This document shows positions 11,951 to 25,538 of a stretch of 63,710 nucleotides of DNA, piece after piece. The DNA comes from Octopus bimaculoides (lineage: Eukaryota): assembly GCF_001194135.2 (NCBI RefSeq), contig NC_068997.1, forward strand, positions 14,392,427 through 14,456,136. Direction: 5' to 3'. The notes under the pieces are model-generated. The model saw only the letters and a list, made by a program, of their open reading frames with translations. It ran no database searches and was not told where the DNA came from. The number at the start of each line of letters is the position of its first letter. The stretch's first letter is position 1. Both the position numbers and the translations under genes were made by a program.

Positions 11951-12933
11951 GTGTGTATAGTTGCATGGAATATATATATATATATGTGTATGTGTGTGCA
12001 TGTGCCTGAGTATGTGTACATGCACATACAGAAACAGATACAAGCTTGCTGTCACATGATCTACCAAGCCATGCCCTAATAAACACAGCTGTTTATCAGG
12101 GCATGGCTGTTACCAAGTTTATCAACTGTGAAGTCCAAGTCAAAGTGTGTGGTGACATATGTAACAAGGTTCAATACACCAGTATTTTAGTGTTTCTATG
12201 TTGCTTTCATTGTTATGGTTGTGGTTATTGCTGTTTAAAGACAATGGTATTGCTAATTGTTTTTTATGCAGTAGTGAAATTTTTTGTTGGAGATAAGGTT
12301 GTTGCTGGTTGTAGGTTGTAGCAGCAGTAACTGTGATGACATAGTAGTAATGAGGTCAGCATAGTTGAAACTAATTAAATATTGTTAATTACTGCCAGCC
12401 ATAAAATAGTGGTAAGAAAAATATTAAAATATGACAAACACTTTTTTGAAATATTGTGTTTGGATGGTGTTTTTTTTTTTTCCTCATCTATATACATATA
12501 CTTGTTGTGTGCATGTATGTGTGTGTGCATGTAATTATATATATATATATATATATATNNNNNNNNNNNNNNNNNNNNNNNNNNNNNNNNNNNNNNNNNN
12601 NNNNNNNNNNNNNNNNNNNNNNNNNNNNNNNNNNNNNNNNNNNNNNNNNNNNNNNNNNNNNNNNNNNNNNNNNNNNNNNNNNNNNNNNNNNNNNNNNNNN
12701 NNNNNNNNNNNNNNNNNNNNNNNNNNNNNNNNNNNNNNNNNNNNNNNNNNNNNNNNNNNNNNNNNNNNNNNNNNNNNNNNNNNNNNNNNNNNNNNNNNNN
12801 NNNNNNNNNNNNNNNNNNNNNNNNNNNNNNNNNNNNNNNNNNNNNNNNNNNNNNNNNNNNNNNNNNNNNNNNNNNNNNNNNNNNNNNNNNNNNNNNNNNN
12901 NNNNNNNNNNNNNNNNNNNNNNNNNNNNNNNNN

Positions 12934-12968
<35 letters not shown>

Positions 12969-12993
12969 CATATACACACACATCCATACATAA

Positions 12994-13148
12994 GGCGGCG
13001 AGCTGGCAGAAACGTTAGCACACTGGGCGAAATGCTTAGCTGTATTTCATCTGCCGCTACGCACTGGGGTCGATAATCGACTTAATCCGTTTGTCAGTCC
13101 TTGTTTGTCCCCTCTGTGTGTAGCCCCTTGTGGGCAATAAAGAAATAA
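12994..13148 (+). mobile_element. SINE family B (GGCGAGCTGGCAGAA head), internally deleted
   Basis: The head is joined directly to GCACTGGGGTCGAT and the tail ...GGGCAATAAAGAAATA. Confidence 0.75.
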
Positions 13149-13324
13149 CACATTCATACATACACACACAATCATATATATATATATATAAATATATATA
13201 TATATACACACATACGCGCGTGCACGCACACATATATACACTCAATCATATATATATACACACACACTTAGGCACACATACACACACACTTACATAAGCA
13301 TATGTATATTTCACCCTCTTGTAC

Positions 13325-13354
13325 TTAGGGTTAGGGTTAGGGTTAGGGTTAGGG
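13325..13354 (+). repeat. Interstitial telomeric repeat (TTAGGG)5
   Basis: Five perfect TTAGGG units. Confidence 0.9.
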
Positions 13355-14744
13355 TGTATCCTGATTCCTCATCACTACCATCATCTTCTCTCGTTTCCCA
13401 GCCGGGGTACCCATGTATCTTCTCTACAGCAAGACACTTGTTCCTCTCCCTCTGTTATTACACTGTTGCCTCTCAACACCTTCCACACAGCCACCTTCCT
13501 TGATGCAGCACTCCACTCAACCAAATGGTCTTTTCTTTTGAGCTCTTTTGCCACCATGGTAGTACTGGTGATAAAAGAAGAAGAAGCCAAAAATAACATA
13601 GTACACTCAGTAAAGTGGTTAAGGTTTGCAACGGCAACCAGGAACTATGCAAAAAAGCTAATATTGAAGCTTGATACAGTCATTTTGACCTGTCAGATCT
13701 TATCAAACCATTCAACCTATGCTAGCATGGAGTATGGACACTAAATGTTGATGAAGAGTGTATGGATATTACTAAGTGAAATGCCACATATATGTGCATG
13801 TTTATAGATGGGGAGAGAGAAAGAGAGAGATTGAATGTGATGGCATTTATTAAGAAGCCCTAACTTTTTCTTGATTGAGGAGATCGATGATAGAATGCAT
13901 TCTATCAACGACCATTTCAAGTTGATGTATAACAGGAACAGCATTGTTTGTCCTACTGACTACATTATGTAAGGAAACTTTTTAGGAAAACACCAGCATA
14001 TGGTTTGAGGAAAATTTAACTGGTATTGCTAACTGCTTGAGCCACTAAATAGAGTTTGTTACATTGGCAAGCAAAGGTGATGTTAAATTGGTCAGTGAAT
14101 TTGACTCATCTTCTTGAAAATATATTTGATTTCTGAAGGATTGCACAAGAAATGTTAAGTAATAACATGACAGGATGAGGAAAAAAAGTAAAGTTTTCCT
14201 CATATCATTCTCTACTCACTTAAAAATAAGGTAAGAATACATTAACTAATGTGATCCTAGATACACAGTGTCTGGCTAAAATGGGGCAGAATGAGGACAG
14301 AATAAGTTTGATCATAAGCCTCTTTGATCAGGACTGACAATCTGCTGTATGGTAACATAGCTAAAGATGTTTATTCAAGGATTAGCATAAGACAACAGAC
14401 CTTAATAAGTATCCTAGATGACCCATCTAACTTAAATAGAAATATGGTGATTATTTCACCAACCCTCGAGAAACTGAACGTAAAGTCTTACTTGGTGTAA
14501 TTTGAAATTCAAAAGCAGATGGGCAACAGTTAATTTATGAGGAAATTTTATTTACACTTCTAATTTCTTTTTTTTTTTTTTTTATGTCATTCAAGATTGT
14601 ATATTTATAAAGCGAAAGAAAATAAGATATTTTTGTGACTTTCACTGGCAATTATTCTGTTCAGTAAAATGTTTATAGACCTGAAAGTGAAACTAGGATT
14701 TAGAAAAGTCAAGACTGCTCCCACATGGTTGATCAATTTGTAAG

Positions 14745-15320
14745 AAAGAACTGCTAAAACTTCCTCTAATTATATCCTATAACTTTTGAAAAAAAATCCA
14801 CACTTGATAAGGTAATCCTAGAGTTACAATTTAATACCTGAAAGAAAAATGGAATGGTCATGGCTAGAAGATCTTTGATCATAGTTCTGCTGGATCAAGA
14901 CCTGAGTATAACATAAGCTACAAGAAAGATTGAACAAATAGTACGTGATTTCCAACAAATCTCAAACCTAGCGTCAGAAAAAGAAAATAAGTAAAAGACA
15001 GAAGATGAGATAATTCTGGATACAGAATATCTGAATAAACAAACAGGATGTGTATGGCTGGAATGAAATTGATCTTCAGTTAACTTGATCAATTCTGACC
15101 TGCACTTAAAGAACAAAAGTAAAGAAATGAAAGAGTTTCTACAAAGATATTTAACATGCTAGAAATAGCTGTTATATATATCTCCCTCAATTCATAGTAT
15201 GTTCTGAAAGAAGTTAATACATGTTGAATAATACCATCATAGATACACGAGGAATGAATAAAAGATGGAACAGTCATCATTGATCATAGATTTTCTACTG
15301 GATCAGGAATTGCTTGTCTA
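14745..15320 (+). repeat. Two copies of an unclassified ~170-bp interspersed repeat (GCTAGAAATAGC...TTGATCATAG...GATCAGG)
   Basis: Related segments at ~14745-14900, ~15150-15320, ~27735-27865 and reversed at ~49640-49680. Confidence 0.5.
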
Positions 15321-15504
15321 ATCAACAATTAAATCATATATCTAGTTACTGTATTATTTGCTCTGGAACACTAATATTTGATATAATATTGAAAAGCTGA
15401 CAGTAGTGACTTCAATCACCCAACAGAACAAGGGTTCTGAATTCATAAGCAAGATCAAATAAAATTATGTAACATTCAGGCCATGCCGAAGAGTAATTAG
15501 TATC

Positions 15505-16030
15505 AGTTTCAAATTTTGGCACCAGGCCAGTAATTTCAGGGAAGCGGGTAAGCCGATTACATCAACCCCAGTGCTCAACTGGTACTCATTTTAATTTTAT
15601 CAATCCTGAAAGGATGAAAAGTAAAGTCGACCTCAGCAGAATTTGAACTCAGAATGTAAAGAGAGAAGGAATGCCGATAAGCATTTCACCCGGCGTGCTA
15701 ACGATTCTGCTAGCTCACCACCTTAAGAGTAACTAATACTGAAACAAGAAAAAGTGGTGAGCTGGCAGAAACGTTAGCACGCTGGGTGAAATGCTTAGTG
15801 GTATTTCATCTGTCGTTACGGCCTGAGTTCAAATTCTGCTGCGGTCGACTTTGCCTTTCATCCTTTCTGGGTTGATAAATCAAGTACCTGTTGCACACTG
15901 GGGTTGATCTAATCGACTGCCTCCCCACCCAACTACTCCCCACCCAACTACTCCCCACCCAACTACTCCCCACCCAACTACTCCCCAAAAGAAGTTTTGG
16001 GCCTGTGCCTAGAATAAAAGAGAATATTGA
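15505..16030. mobile_element. Two SINE family B copies head-to-head
   Basis: A minus copy at ~15505-15722, a ~30-bp spacer and a plus copy at ~15753-16030. Both carry the central GTCGACTTTGCCTTTCATCCTTTC box. Confidence 0.8.
15921..15986. repeat. 15-bp minisatellite (CTCCCCACCCAACTA) x4.4
   Basis: Perfect tandem units inside a family B SINE. Confidence 0.95.
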
Positions 16031-16303
16031 TACAAGTAAAAATACAAATCTGTTCACAAAGAAATAATCAAAAATCCAAACTTGAGAAATAACAGTAGAA
16101 AATAAGAAGATGCTGAAACTTTTGGTTCACTAGAAGCTTAAATTACTGTTGTCATTATACAAGGCGCCGGTTAACAACCACTTGTACTATTACAGTCACT
16201 TCCACAATGTAAAACATTGACAAATAAATACAAGTACGCACATTAACTCATGGATATATACCCATTCACAAAGACACACATTCGTATTTATATACTGAAG
16301 ATA

Positions 16304-16346
<43 letters not shown>

Positions 16347-17023
16347 GTATAGATATTTATGTGTACAGGAAACACATCAATAAATAGAGAGTAACAGGAT
16401 TAAGAAGGAAGAAAATTAAGAACAATTCTTACCCCTTTGACTAATCCAAGCTTTAGTTTTTAATGATATGAAGCCTACAACACAAAGTAAAAACAGTTCT
16501 TCCCTTCCATACATGCATACAGATAAAAAAAGAAAATCATTAACATATGTATATGTGTCTTTGTGTATGTATATGTACACGTTTCTCAGTGAGTCTATAT
16601 CCGGTTCAGTGTCTGTATATTTGATCAAGTTTGCATGTGAATGTATATAAATGTGTCACAGTGTGCGTTTATGTGTGGCAATAATGTTTGTTTCTTTTCA
16701 GTATTGTTACAGCAATTGACATAATTTTTTTTCCCCTTCTCCCGTTGTTTTTTTTATTTATGTATATATACATGTATGTATATATATATATATCTTGTTA
16801 TTGTTTTATGCTGAGAAACTAAGGTGTGTTGAATAAAGCATTCCGAAGTGTCTGAGAGCATATAGTTAATACACAAATACATATATGTTCTCTCTCTCAC
16901 TCACACACACACACACACAAACTGTTTTACTTGTATGTGTGTGTGTGTGTGTGTTAGGTGCATGATGCTTGTGTATGTGAGAGTGTGTCTGAGTGTGTAT
17001 GAAGAATATATTTATGTATAGTT

Positions 17024-17414
17024 GGCTATGTGGTAAGTAGCCTGCTTACCAACCACATGGTTCCGGGTTCAGTCCCACTGTGTGGCACCTTGGGCAAGTG
17101 TCTTCTACTATAGCCTCGGGCCGACCAAATCCTTGTAAGTGGATTTGGTAGACAGAAACTGAAAGAAGCCCGTTGTATATATTTATATGTGTATATATGT
17201 GTGTGTGCGTTTGTGTCTGTGTTTGTCCCCCAACATTGCTTGACAACCGATGTTGGTGTATTTACGTCCCCGTAACTTAGCGGTTTGGCAAAAGAAACCA
17301 ACAGAATAAGTACTAGGAATACAAAGAATAAGTCCTGGGGTCGATTTGCTCGACTAAAGGTGGTGCTCCAGCATGGCCACAGTCAAAAGACTGAAACAAG
17401 TAAAAGAGTAAAAG
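17024..17414 (+). mobile_element. SINE family A, full length, young
   Basis: Few differences from the other full copies; ends AAACAAGTAAAAGAGTAAAAG. Confidence 0.85.
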
Positions 17415-17657
17415 CATATATGTCTGCGTAAATATATGTGTGTACAAATAAGAATAGTAGAATAAAAGAATAAAACATATCTAGTTCTTTATTTATTGGC
17501 TGTGAAGATAGATAAATGGCGGGAGAGTTCTACAGTTTCGAGCAAGAGATCTGTCAAGCAAAAACTCTCAGCTACTGCGTCACTTATGTGTCTTCACAGC
17601 AAATATAAAAGTACTGACATATGTGTAGATGCACATTTCTATATGTGTGTATACACA

Positions 17658-17707
<50 letters not shown>

Positions 17708-19480
17708 NNNNNNNNNNNNNNNNNNNNNNNNNNNNNNNNNNNNNNNNNNNNNNNNNNNNNNNNNNNNNNNNNNNNNNNNNNNNNNNNNNNNNNNNNNNNN
17801 NNNNNNNNNNNNNNNNNNNNNNNNNNNNNNNNNNNNNNNNNNNNNNNNNNNNNNNNNNNNNNNNNNNNNNNNNNNNNNNNNNNNNNNNNNNNNNNNNNNN
17901 NNNNNNNNNNNNNNNNNNNNNNNNNNNNNNNNNNNNNNNNNNNNNNNNNNNNNNNNNNNNNNNNNNNNNNNNNNNNNNNNNNNNNNNNNNNNNNNNNNNN
18001 NNNNNNNNNNNNNNNNNNNNNNNNNNNNNNNNNNNNNNNNNNNNNNNNNNNNNNNNNNNNNNNNNNNNNNNNNNNNNNNNNNNNNNNNNNNNNNNNNNNN
18101 NNNNNNNNNNNNNNNNNNNNNNNNNNNNNNNNNNNNNNNNNNNNNNNNNNNNNNNNNNNNNNNNNNNNNNNNNNNNNNNNNNNNNNNNNNNNNNNNNNNN
18201 NNNNNNNNNNNNNNNNNNNNNNNNNNNNNNNNNNNNNNNNNNNNNNNNNNNNNNNNNNNNNNNNNNNNNNNNNNNNNNNNNNNNNNNNNNNATATATATA
18301 TATATATATATCTATATGTGATCATAATCACTTAATATCCAGCTTGCACGTTACTATGAGTCGTATGCTTAGCCAGGATTTGACATGCTAGAGTTGAAAT
18401 CCAAAGTCAGCTTTTGCATGATTTCTATGGCTCTGTGGATTCTTTCATGGCACTAGTACTAGTGACATTGCCATGTTACTCACAAGACTAAAATGCTTCT
18501 TTGACTGAGTGTGGATAATTAATAGAGAAGGCAGTGACTTTATGCCAGGTGTTTAGAGGCTAATGTATGATAGGGATACAGTATCATGTGTCTTGCTCAA
18601 GAGTAGATACTTGGCTACACCACATTATGCAAGGGTAGGTGGAAGTTGGTGGAAAGAGGAGAAAGATATGGTGAGAATAAGTTTTCAGAAAACACCATCA
18701 AGGTAAAAAAAGAAAATGAGTAGAAAGGAGGATAAGAACAGATTCTTGGAAAGTGAATAATTTTACAAGAGTGATAGAGGAGAGTGACATGATAAGAGAT
18801 GGGGAAGAAGTGAGTGTAGTGAATGGTGAACTAGGATAGAGTTGTGGTTAACGGTAAATATGAATTTGGTGAGTGGAGGATGGTAAAAAAAAAAGCAGAA
18901 ATGACTGAGGAAGTAGAAAGTGATGAGTGGTTGTACTAACCGAGTGGAGAACAGCAGGATTAATAAAACAGTTGGTAAAGAAAAATAGGGAGGTGTGTGG
19001 AGGTGGTAAATAAAAGAAGAATCTTGGGTGAGTGAGAGATATACAATAATAATTGTGAGTGTGTGTGTTTGAATGCATTGAAGAATACCAAATATTCAAA
19101 ATTTAAACTTTTACAAAAAAATAAACGAAACTAATTTGTTTTTTCGTTTTTAAATGTACAAGACATATACAACCAAGCCATAACAAATATGACCAAACAT
19201 GACCGAGTACTCATTCAGTATTGGTTTAAATTGATATTGACCTTCAACGAAGACAGATATCCAAATGCACTATTTGCTTATTGCATGTCTGTGCATTTGG
19301 ATATGAATAATCTTTTAAATAGTTAATATGAATAAGGAGGTCAAAATGACAGGTGAATTGAGGTTAATGTAAGAGAATGAAATTGAATGCATAGCAAAAC
19401 TATAAATGTGAACATATATGAATGAACATGCACAGCACGCACACATTCAATACTTCAATATATATATATATATATATATT

Positions 19481-19517
<37 letters not shown>

Positions 19518-20210
19518 ACACACATGCACAGAATGTATATACATTTATATGAATATTATATTACATATATATATATATATACATACGCACTCACGCACAC
19601 ACATACTTGTGTAATGTATGCCTCTGTCTACTATCTTTCTCTTCCTCGTTTTATATAGTTAAACAACGTCAACCAAGGTGTGGTACTGTTTGTTGTTTTA
19701 TATGATTTCTCTTTGTTATGTTCGTAGTTTTTTTTTTTTTTTTTTTTACCTACTGATGTAACTGGTCTGACTGGTCTACTAAGGTATACAAAGACTAGAC
19801 ACATAGGTGAGCAACAGAAGTGAGAGAGGGAGGGAAGGGGGATAGAGAAAGAGAGAAAGAGAGAAAGTGTGGCATAGAGAGGTAAAGTGGATGAGAGGGA
19901 GGCTGACTTACTGATATGGTTTAAAGAAGAGGGAGGGGTGGAGGAGGAGGGGGAATGGTTGAGTGTTGTTGGTAGAAAATATATTAATTCTGAGAGAGGA
20001 TGATGACAAAGCAAAGAGAGCATGTGAGCTGAGAAAGAGAGGAGGGTGTTATCCAAATTGATAACCGCATAAAGAGACAACTCTCTTCCTGTCCACATTG
20101 GGTGAGACAGAAGGAAGTTTAGTGAAAGAAACCGACTGATAAAGAAGGAAATTTGGGGAGATTTAAGTGAGTGATACATGAGGAAAAGAAAATACAAGTG
20201 TCATGAGAGA

Positions 20211-20263
<53 letters not shown>

Positions 20264-20719
20264 ATAGCAGAAGACACTTGCCCAAGGCATCATGCAGTGG
20301 GATTGAAGCCAAAACCATGGGATTGAGAAGCAAGTTTCTTACCACACAGTAAAGGAAAGGATGTAAGCCCACACGTTTTCATGTGAGTGCACATGTGCAT
20401 GCATGTGTGTGTATGTGTGTGTGTGTGTGTGTGTGCGTGTGTATCTCCATGGCCTTACATTGTCACTGCTTGGGTAGTGATGGCATAACTCAGTTTCCCA
20501 TAAACAAAACATCTTGCTCAGTGGTTCAATGTTTGAAGACATAAAACAATGTGTCTCATTGAAAAGAAAGGTTGGCATCAAGAAGTGCATCCTGCTGTAG
20601 AGTATTACCTCAGGAAGTCTTGTCCAACTCATGTCAGCATGAATAAAAGTGGACGTAGAACCTATGAGGATGATGATGAAGATGATGATGTCAAGAAATA
20701 ACTGGACATCCACATAAAT

Positions 20720-21290
20720 TTCAACATGCTCATTGCCCATTATTCTCTTTATTTCTACTTCTTTCTCCACCTTCCAAACCAAGCCAGCCATTATTTACAA
20801 TCACAGTCTTCAAATACTCCAAGTGTCAAGTAATCTTAATTATTTTTCTTTCTATACCGCAATTAGAAGGGATTGGCATAATTTATATTCATCATTTCTG
20901 TCTTTGAACAGTTAATAACCAGACCATCACCGCTTCCCTCTTTTATTCAACTATCCAATATTAGTTGCATTTCTTCTGTTGTTCTTGTAATCATCACTAA
21001 GGCAGCAACTTCATCTAGATCAGAATCACCTAGCATCTTTATTATTCTTCTATTATATTCCAGAAATTCTTCCCTTCGAAAATTTCTCCATAAATTAATT
21101 AATCACCAACACAAAAAGTAAAGAAAACAGTGTGTTTCCCCTCAATAGCACCAGCAATGGCTTCAAAAGGTTCATTGGCAGTTCTGGTCATCTTGACCTG
21201 ATATACAAAGTGCTCCCTCATGCATGTTTGAAATTGTCAAACATATTTTTCATGGGTCTGGTATATACGTTCTTGTTTATTATCTTAGGT
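20720..21290 (-). mobile_element. Degraded non-LTR (RTE-like) reverse transcriptase fragment
   Basis: Ordered RT motifs with stops and frameshifts: KICLTISNMHEG; NEPFEAIAGA; GNTLFSLLFVLVIN; SDLDEVAAL (compare DLDFADDIAL); TTEEMQLILDS*IKEGSGDGLVINCSKTEMM; LEYLKTVIVNNG; EKEVEIKRIMG. Confidence 0.7.
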
Positions 21291-21799
21291 AATACAAAGC
21301 ATGGTTGACTGTCAAGTATCTTTTAGATGTAAAGAAAAACACACACACACACTCATACACACACTCATATGCACACTGATACATGCACACGCACAAATGC
21401 ACACACATACACAACTTGGGACTCATCTAATTTGTTTCTTTAGCTGAACTCCTTTAGTCACAGGGACACAAACAAACCACTACAGTTGTCAAGTGGTGGA
21501 GGGGGACGGAACAAACATAAAGACATATGAACACACACACACGCGCGCACATACATACACACATAGTGTCTGTGTCAGGTATTTGTGACCGAAAATTTGC
21601 TTTCCTAAATTTGAAGATCTAAATGTCACAGAGGTCAAAGAGTATGCACCAAATTTTAATTTTCTCATTACTTTTTCAATTGTATCAACAGCATCATTAT
21701 GACCAATGACACAGGAAACGAAAGGGCAACCCATGCTCTTTGCTGTAGCTAAGGATAGATGCAAAGGCTTAGAAATCCCCACATTCTTTGAAAATGACT

Positions 21800-22300
21800 G
21801 AGTGCTTTGTGTCCGAGGTTAGCAATGAGCTGAAGACTTCTAGAGGGACATGTTGTCTGTGGCCAAGAGACAAAACATTTTCCCAGAGTTTTAAATGTCA
21901 TCAAGGATTGCCAAGTTTGTCCAGAAGTTTCAGAATATCAGCAGTAAAAATGCCAACAGGCTGATGAGTGCCATCACTGAGCAACTCAGTTAGACACTAT
22001 CCATTATCAGATGTGTGATGCTTGAGAACATCAGGTGTAGTTCCTATAAGATGAGGAAAGAGCAGGTGATATCTAACGATGATTTTATCAACTTGATTTA
22101 AAGGCAGTATATTTCCACAGTTATAGCAACAAAAAGGTTGAAGTGACCATTGTTATTAGTAAATTAATCCTTCAATCAGCAATAGACACAAAAGCTGTAT
22201 TATCTGCAAAAGCTAATAAAACTCTTCTCATCAGTGGTTGCCACTGTCGCCTTCATCTCTACATAAGAGTTTTGGTCAGAACTTGCTCAGTAAATATTTT
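21800..22300 (-). pseudogene. Possible second, very old LINE RT remnant
   Basis: RRVLLAFADNTAFVS resembles LAFADDxA. Downstream frames are stop-interrupted and only loosely RTE-like. Confidence 0.25.
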
Positions 22301-23608
22301 CTTCAGTCAAACGATTTTTAAAGCCAAAATCTTAAAGATCTAAGTGAAAACCATTGCTTCATTTCTCTTTTGTACTCACTTTGTACCCAACATGCATCGC
22401 AGTGGCTACTTTAAACATTACTTTATCACATATACACACAAATATAGATATATATAGGTGGTAAGCTGGTAGAACCATTATCAGACTGGGCAAAATGCGT
22501 TGCAGCTTTTCATTCATCCTTACATTCTGAGTTCAAATCCTACCAAAGCTAACTTTGCTTTTCGTCATTTGAGGGTCGATAGAGTATTAGGGTTGATGAA
22601 ATTGGCTTAACTACTCTTGAGTAAAAATATAAAAAAAGGAACCCCTTTACCAAGACATGTCAAGCCAGTGTGGCAGAACAAGGCTCATCCAACCAGTATG
22701 ATCTCCAACTCAAATTCATGGCCTTCACATCAGACTCTGGTTGGTGGAGAGAACATACTGAGTCTTTTGTCTTTCAGTGGATTTAACATGGACAATCCAA
22801 TCTCGTCTCTTCAGTATGTAGATGCAGTGTGGGTGAATAGTTATGAAGTTTGTTTTCTGACCAAGAGGTCCCAGGTTCAAACGCACTGTGTGACATCGTG
22901 GGAAAATATCGTTTTCTATTGTTTTGGATCAATGTATATTAAGTTGGTGATATTGGGTAAAGGGAATCCTATTCAGAGGCCCATGGGGTGGATTGTACGT
23001 GTTGTAAAAGAATTACAGCCTTGTCAGACACATTGTGACATGATACTGAAGCCTGAGAATTAAGTGTACACTTGTCTGTGGAATACTCAGCCTTTTGTAT
23101 ATGAATATAGGAGCAGGTGATGTAGTTGACTGAACAACTGAACTGTCATTATTGAACAACAGAGATACACGCAAATACACACATGCACACACACATGCGT
23201 GCATGCACACATGTACACACACACACACACACATACACACTCATGTTATTGACTATATATATATATACATACATATACACATACATACACACATATATGT
23301 ATATATATATATATANNNNNNNNNNNNNNNNNNNNNNNNNNNNNNNNNNNNNNNNNNNNNNNNNNNNNNNNNNNNNNNNNNNNNNNNNNNNNNNNNNNNN
23401 NNNNNNNNNNNNNNNNNNNNNNNNNNNNNNNNNNNNNNNNNNNNNNNNNNNNNNNNNNNNNNNNNNNNNNNNNNNNNNNNNNNNNNNNNNNNNNNNNNNN
23501 NNNNNNNNNNNNNNNNNNNNNNNNNNNNNNNNNNNNNNNNNNNNNNNNNNNNNNNNNNNNNNNNNNNNNNNNNNNNNNNNNNNNNNNNNNNNNNNNNNNN
23601 NNNNAAAA

Positions 23609-23639
<31 letters not shown>

Positions 23640-24707
23640 AGCACAGAGGTGCACATTAAACATATATTTAAACAATCATAAGTTCACAAAATACATTGAT
23701 ACAAATGCATTCCCACACAAACACAAACACAAATACACACACGCACACACTACATACAAACACACACACCCCCAACACACACACACACCCCCAACACACA
23801 CACACACACACACTACATACAAACACCACCACCCCCTCAACACACACACACACATACACATACACATCAACTCCAACCTTTGAAATATTGCTATTTCCTA
23901 TGTATGATATAATATCAAACAGGAAGAGCAAAGATTTACAGACACCAATAGACATAAACAAAATAAGCAGCATTATTAACAAAGTCATTTGGTTCTTTAA
24001 TTCTTACTGAACTGAAGATGTCTTTGTAATTAGCAGGAATTATTTAGATTACATTCTGCACAAGAAGAAGGAAAGACAGTGATAAAGAGACATTACAATC
24101 TCTTAAAATTTATTCTTTGTTATTTTTCTTTAGTCAAATAATGCGATATGATGATGCAATCGGATGTGTATGAACGACATGAATGCATGTTTGTGTGCAA
24201 TTGTGTGTTTTTGTATTTCTGTGTGTGTGTATGTATGTGTATGAATGCATGTGTATGTGTGTGTGTGTGTAGATATATGTATGTATACATTACATGCAAA
24301 CTTGTGTAATATGACATATGTAATTAAATTATAAACATGAGAGAGAGAAACACACAAACACACACACACATGTATACACGTGTGTGTATATGAATATATG
24401 TGTGTGAATGTGTTTGCTTACACACACGCACACAGACATATACACACTCACACGGACACACACAGCGAGTTTTGAGTAAATTTGTCTTTGTACATAGGAA
24501 AACAGTGATACACAATATACCAATATATGCACATATATTGTATGTCCTTCATCTTTGGTGTATTTATATACACACACACACGCACACGCACACAACAGAA
24601 TATATAAATATACATACACACCATTACTGAAACTGTAAAATATCTTGTTATATATAATCCAACACACACATACACACATAAACATACCAACACATTTAAT
24701 TCAACAA

Positions 24708-24762
<55 letters not shown>

Positions 24763-25279
24763 GTATATATAAATACATATATACTCATATGAATATATAT
24801 GCATTATAGATATATTACATATACATTTATATGATATATGCTCATATATAATAGATATAATATATATATATATATATATATATANNNNNNNNNNNNNNNN
24901 NNNNNNNNNNNNNNNNNNNNNNNNNNNNNNNNNNNNNNNNNNNNNNNNNNNNNNNNNNNNNNNNNNNNNNNNNNNNNNNNNNNNNNNNNNNNNNNNNNNN
25001 NNNNNNNNNNNNNNNNNNNNNNNATAGACACACACATACACAAGAGAAACTTGCACATATCATTTGTCTCTTATTCTAACGCAGTATAATAGAATATTTT
25101 AAAAAGTTCCTGTTCTATAGAAAATTATTTAATCATAGTTTGATGAGTAATAACTTCTTAGAATTCTTCAAAGGAAATTAGTAGGTAAAATATTATAGGC
25201 AAATTCTTAAAAAATAATAGAAGAATTACTTCTGGAAATGAAGAGACACAGAATGTTTTAAGTTCGTTATTGCAATCGT

Positions 25280-25328
<49 letters not shown>

Positions 25329-25463
25329 GATGCGGTTGGGAAGTGGTTGAGTGGTAGCGGTATGAGGGTTTTGTTGCCTGTTGGTGTTATTGTTATTGTG
25401 TATAAAAGTATTGTATATGATGCTTTGTACCATATTAATTCAGTTATTAATTTGTTTTTAATG

Positions 25464-25538
<75 letters not shown>

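Noticed and set aside
12375-13076. Long ORFs containing X runs (all such ORFs up to 445 aa, e.g. 50297-51779)
   Set aside because: They stay open only because N-gaps and (TA)n/(CA)n tracts contain no stop codons.
21489-21782. 97-aa minus-strand ORF that reads protein-like
   Set aside because: It runs into a CA microsatellite, has no clear splice sites and lies among LINE debris.
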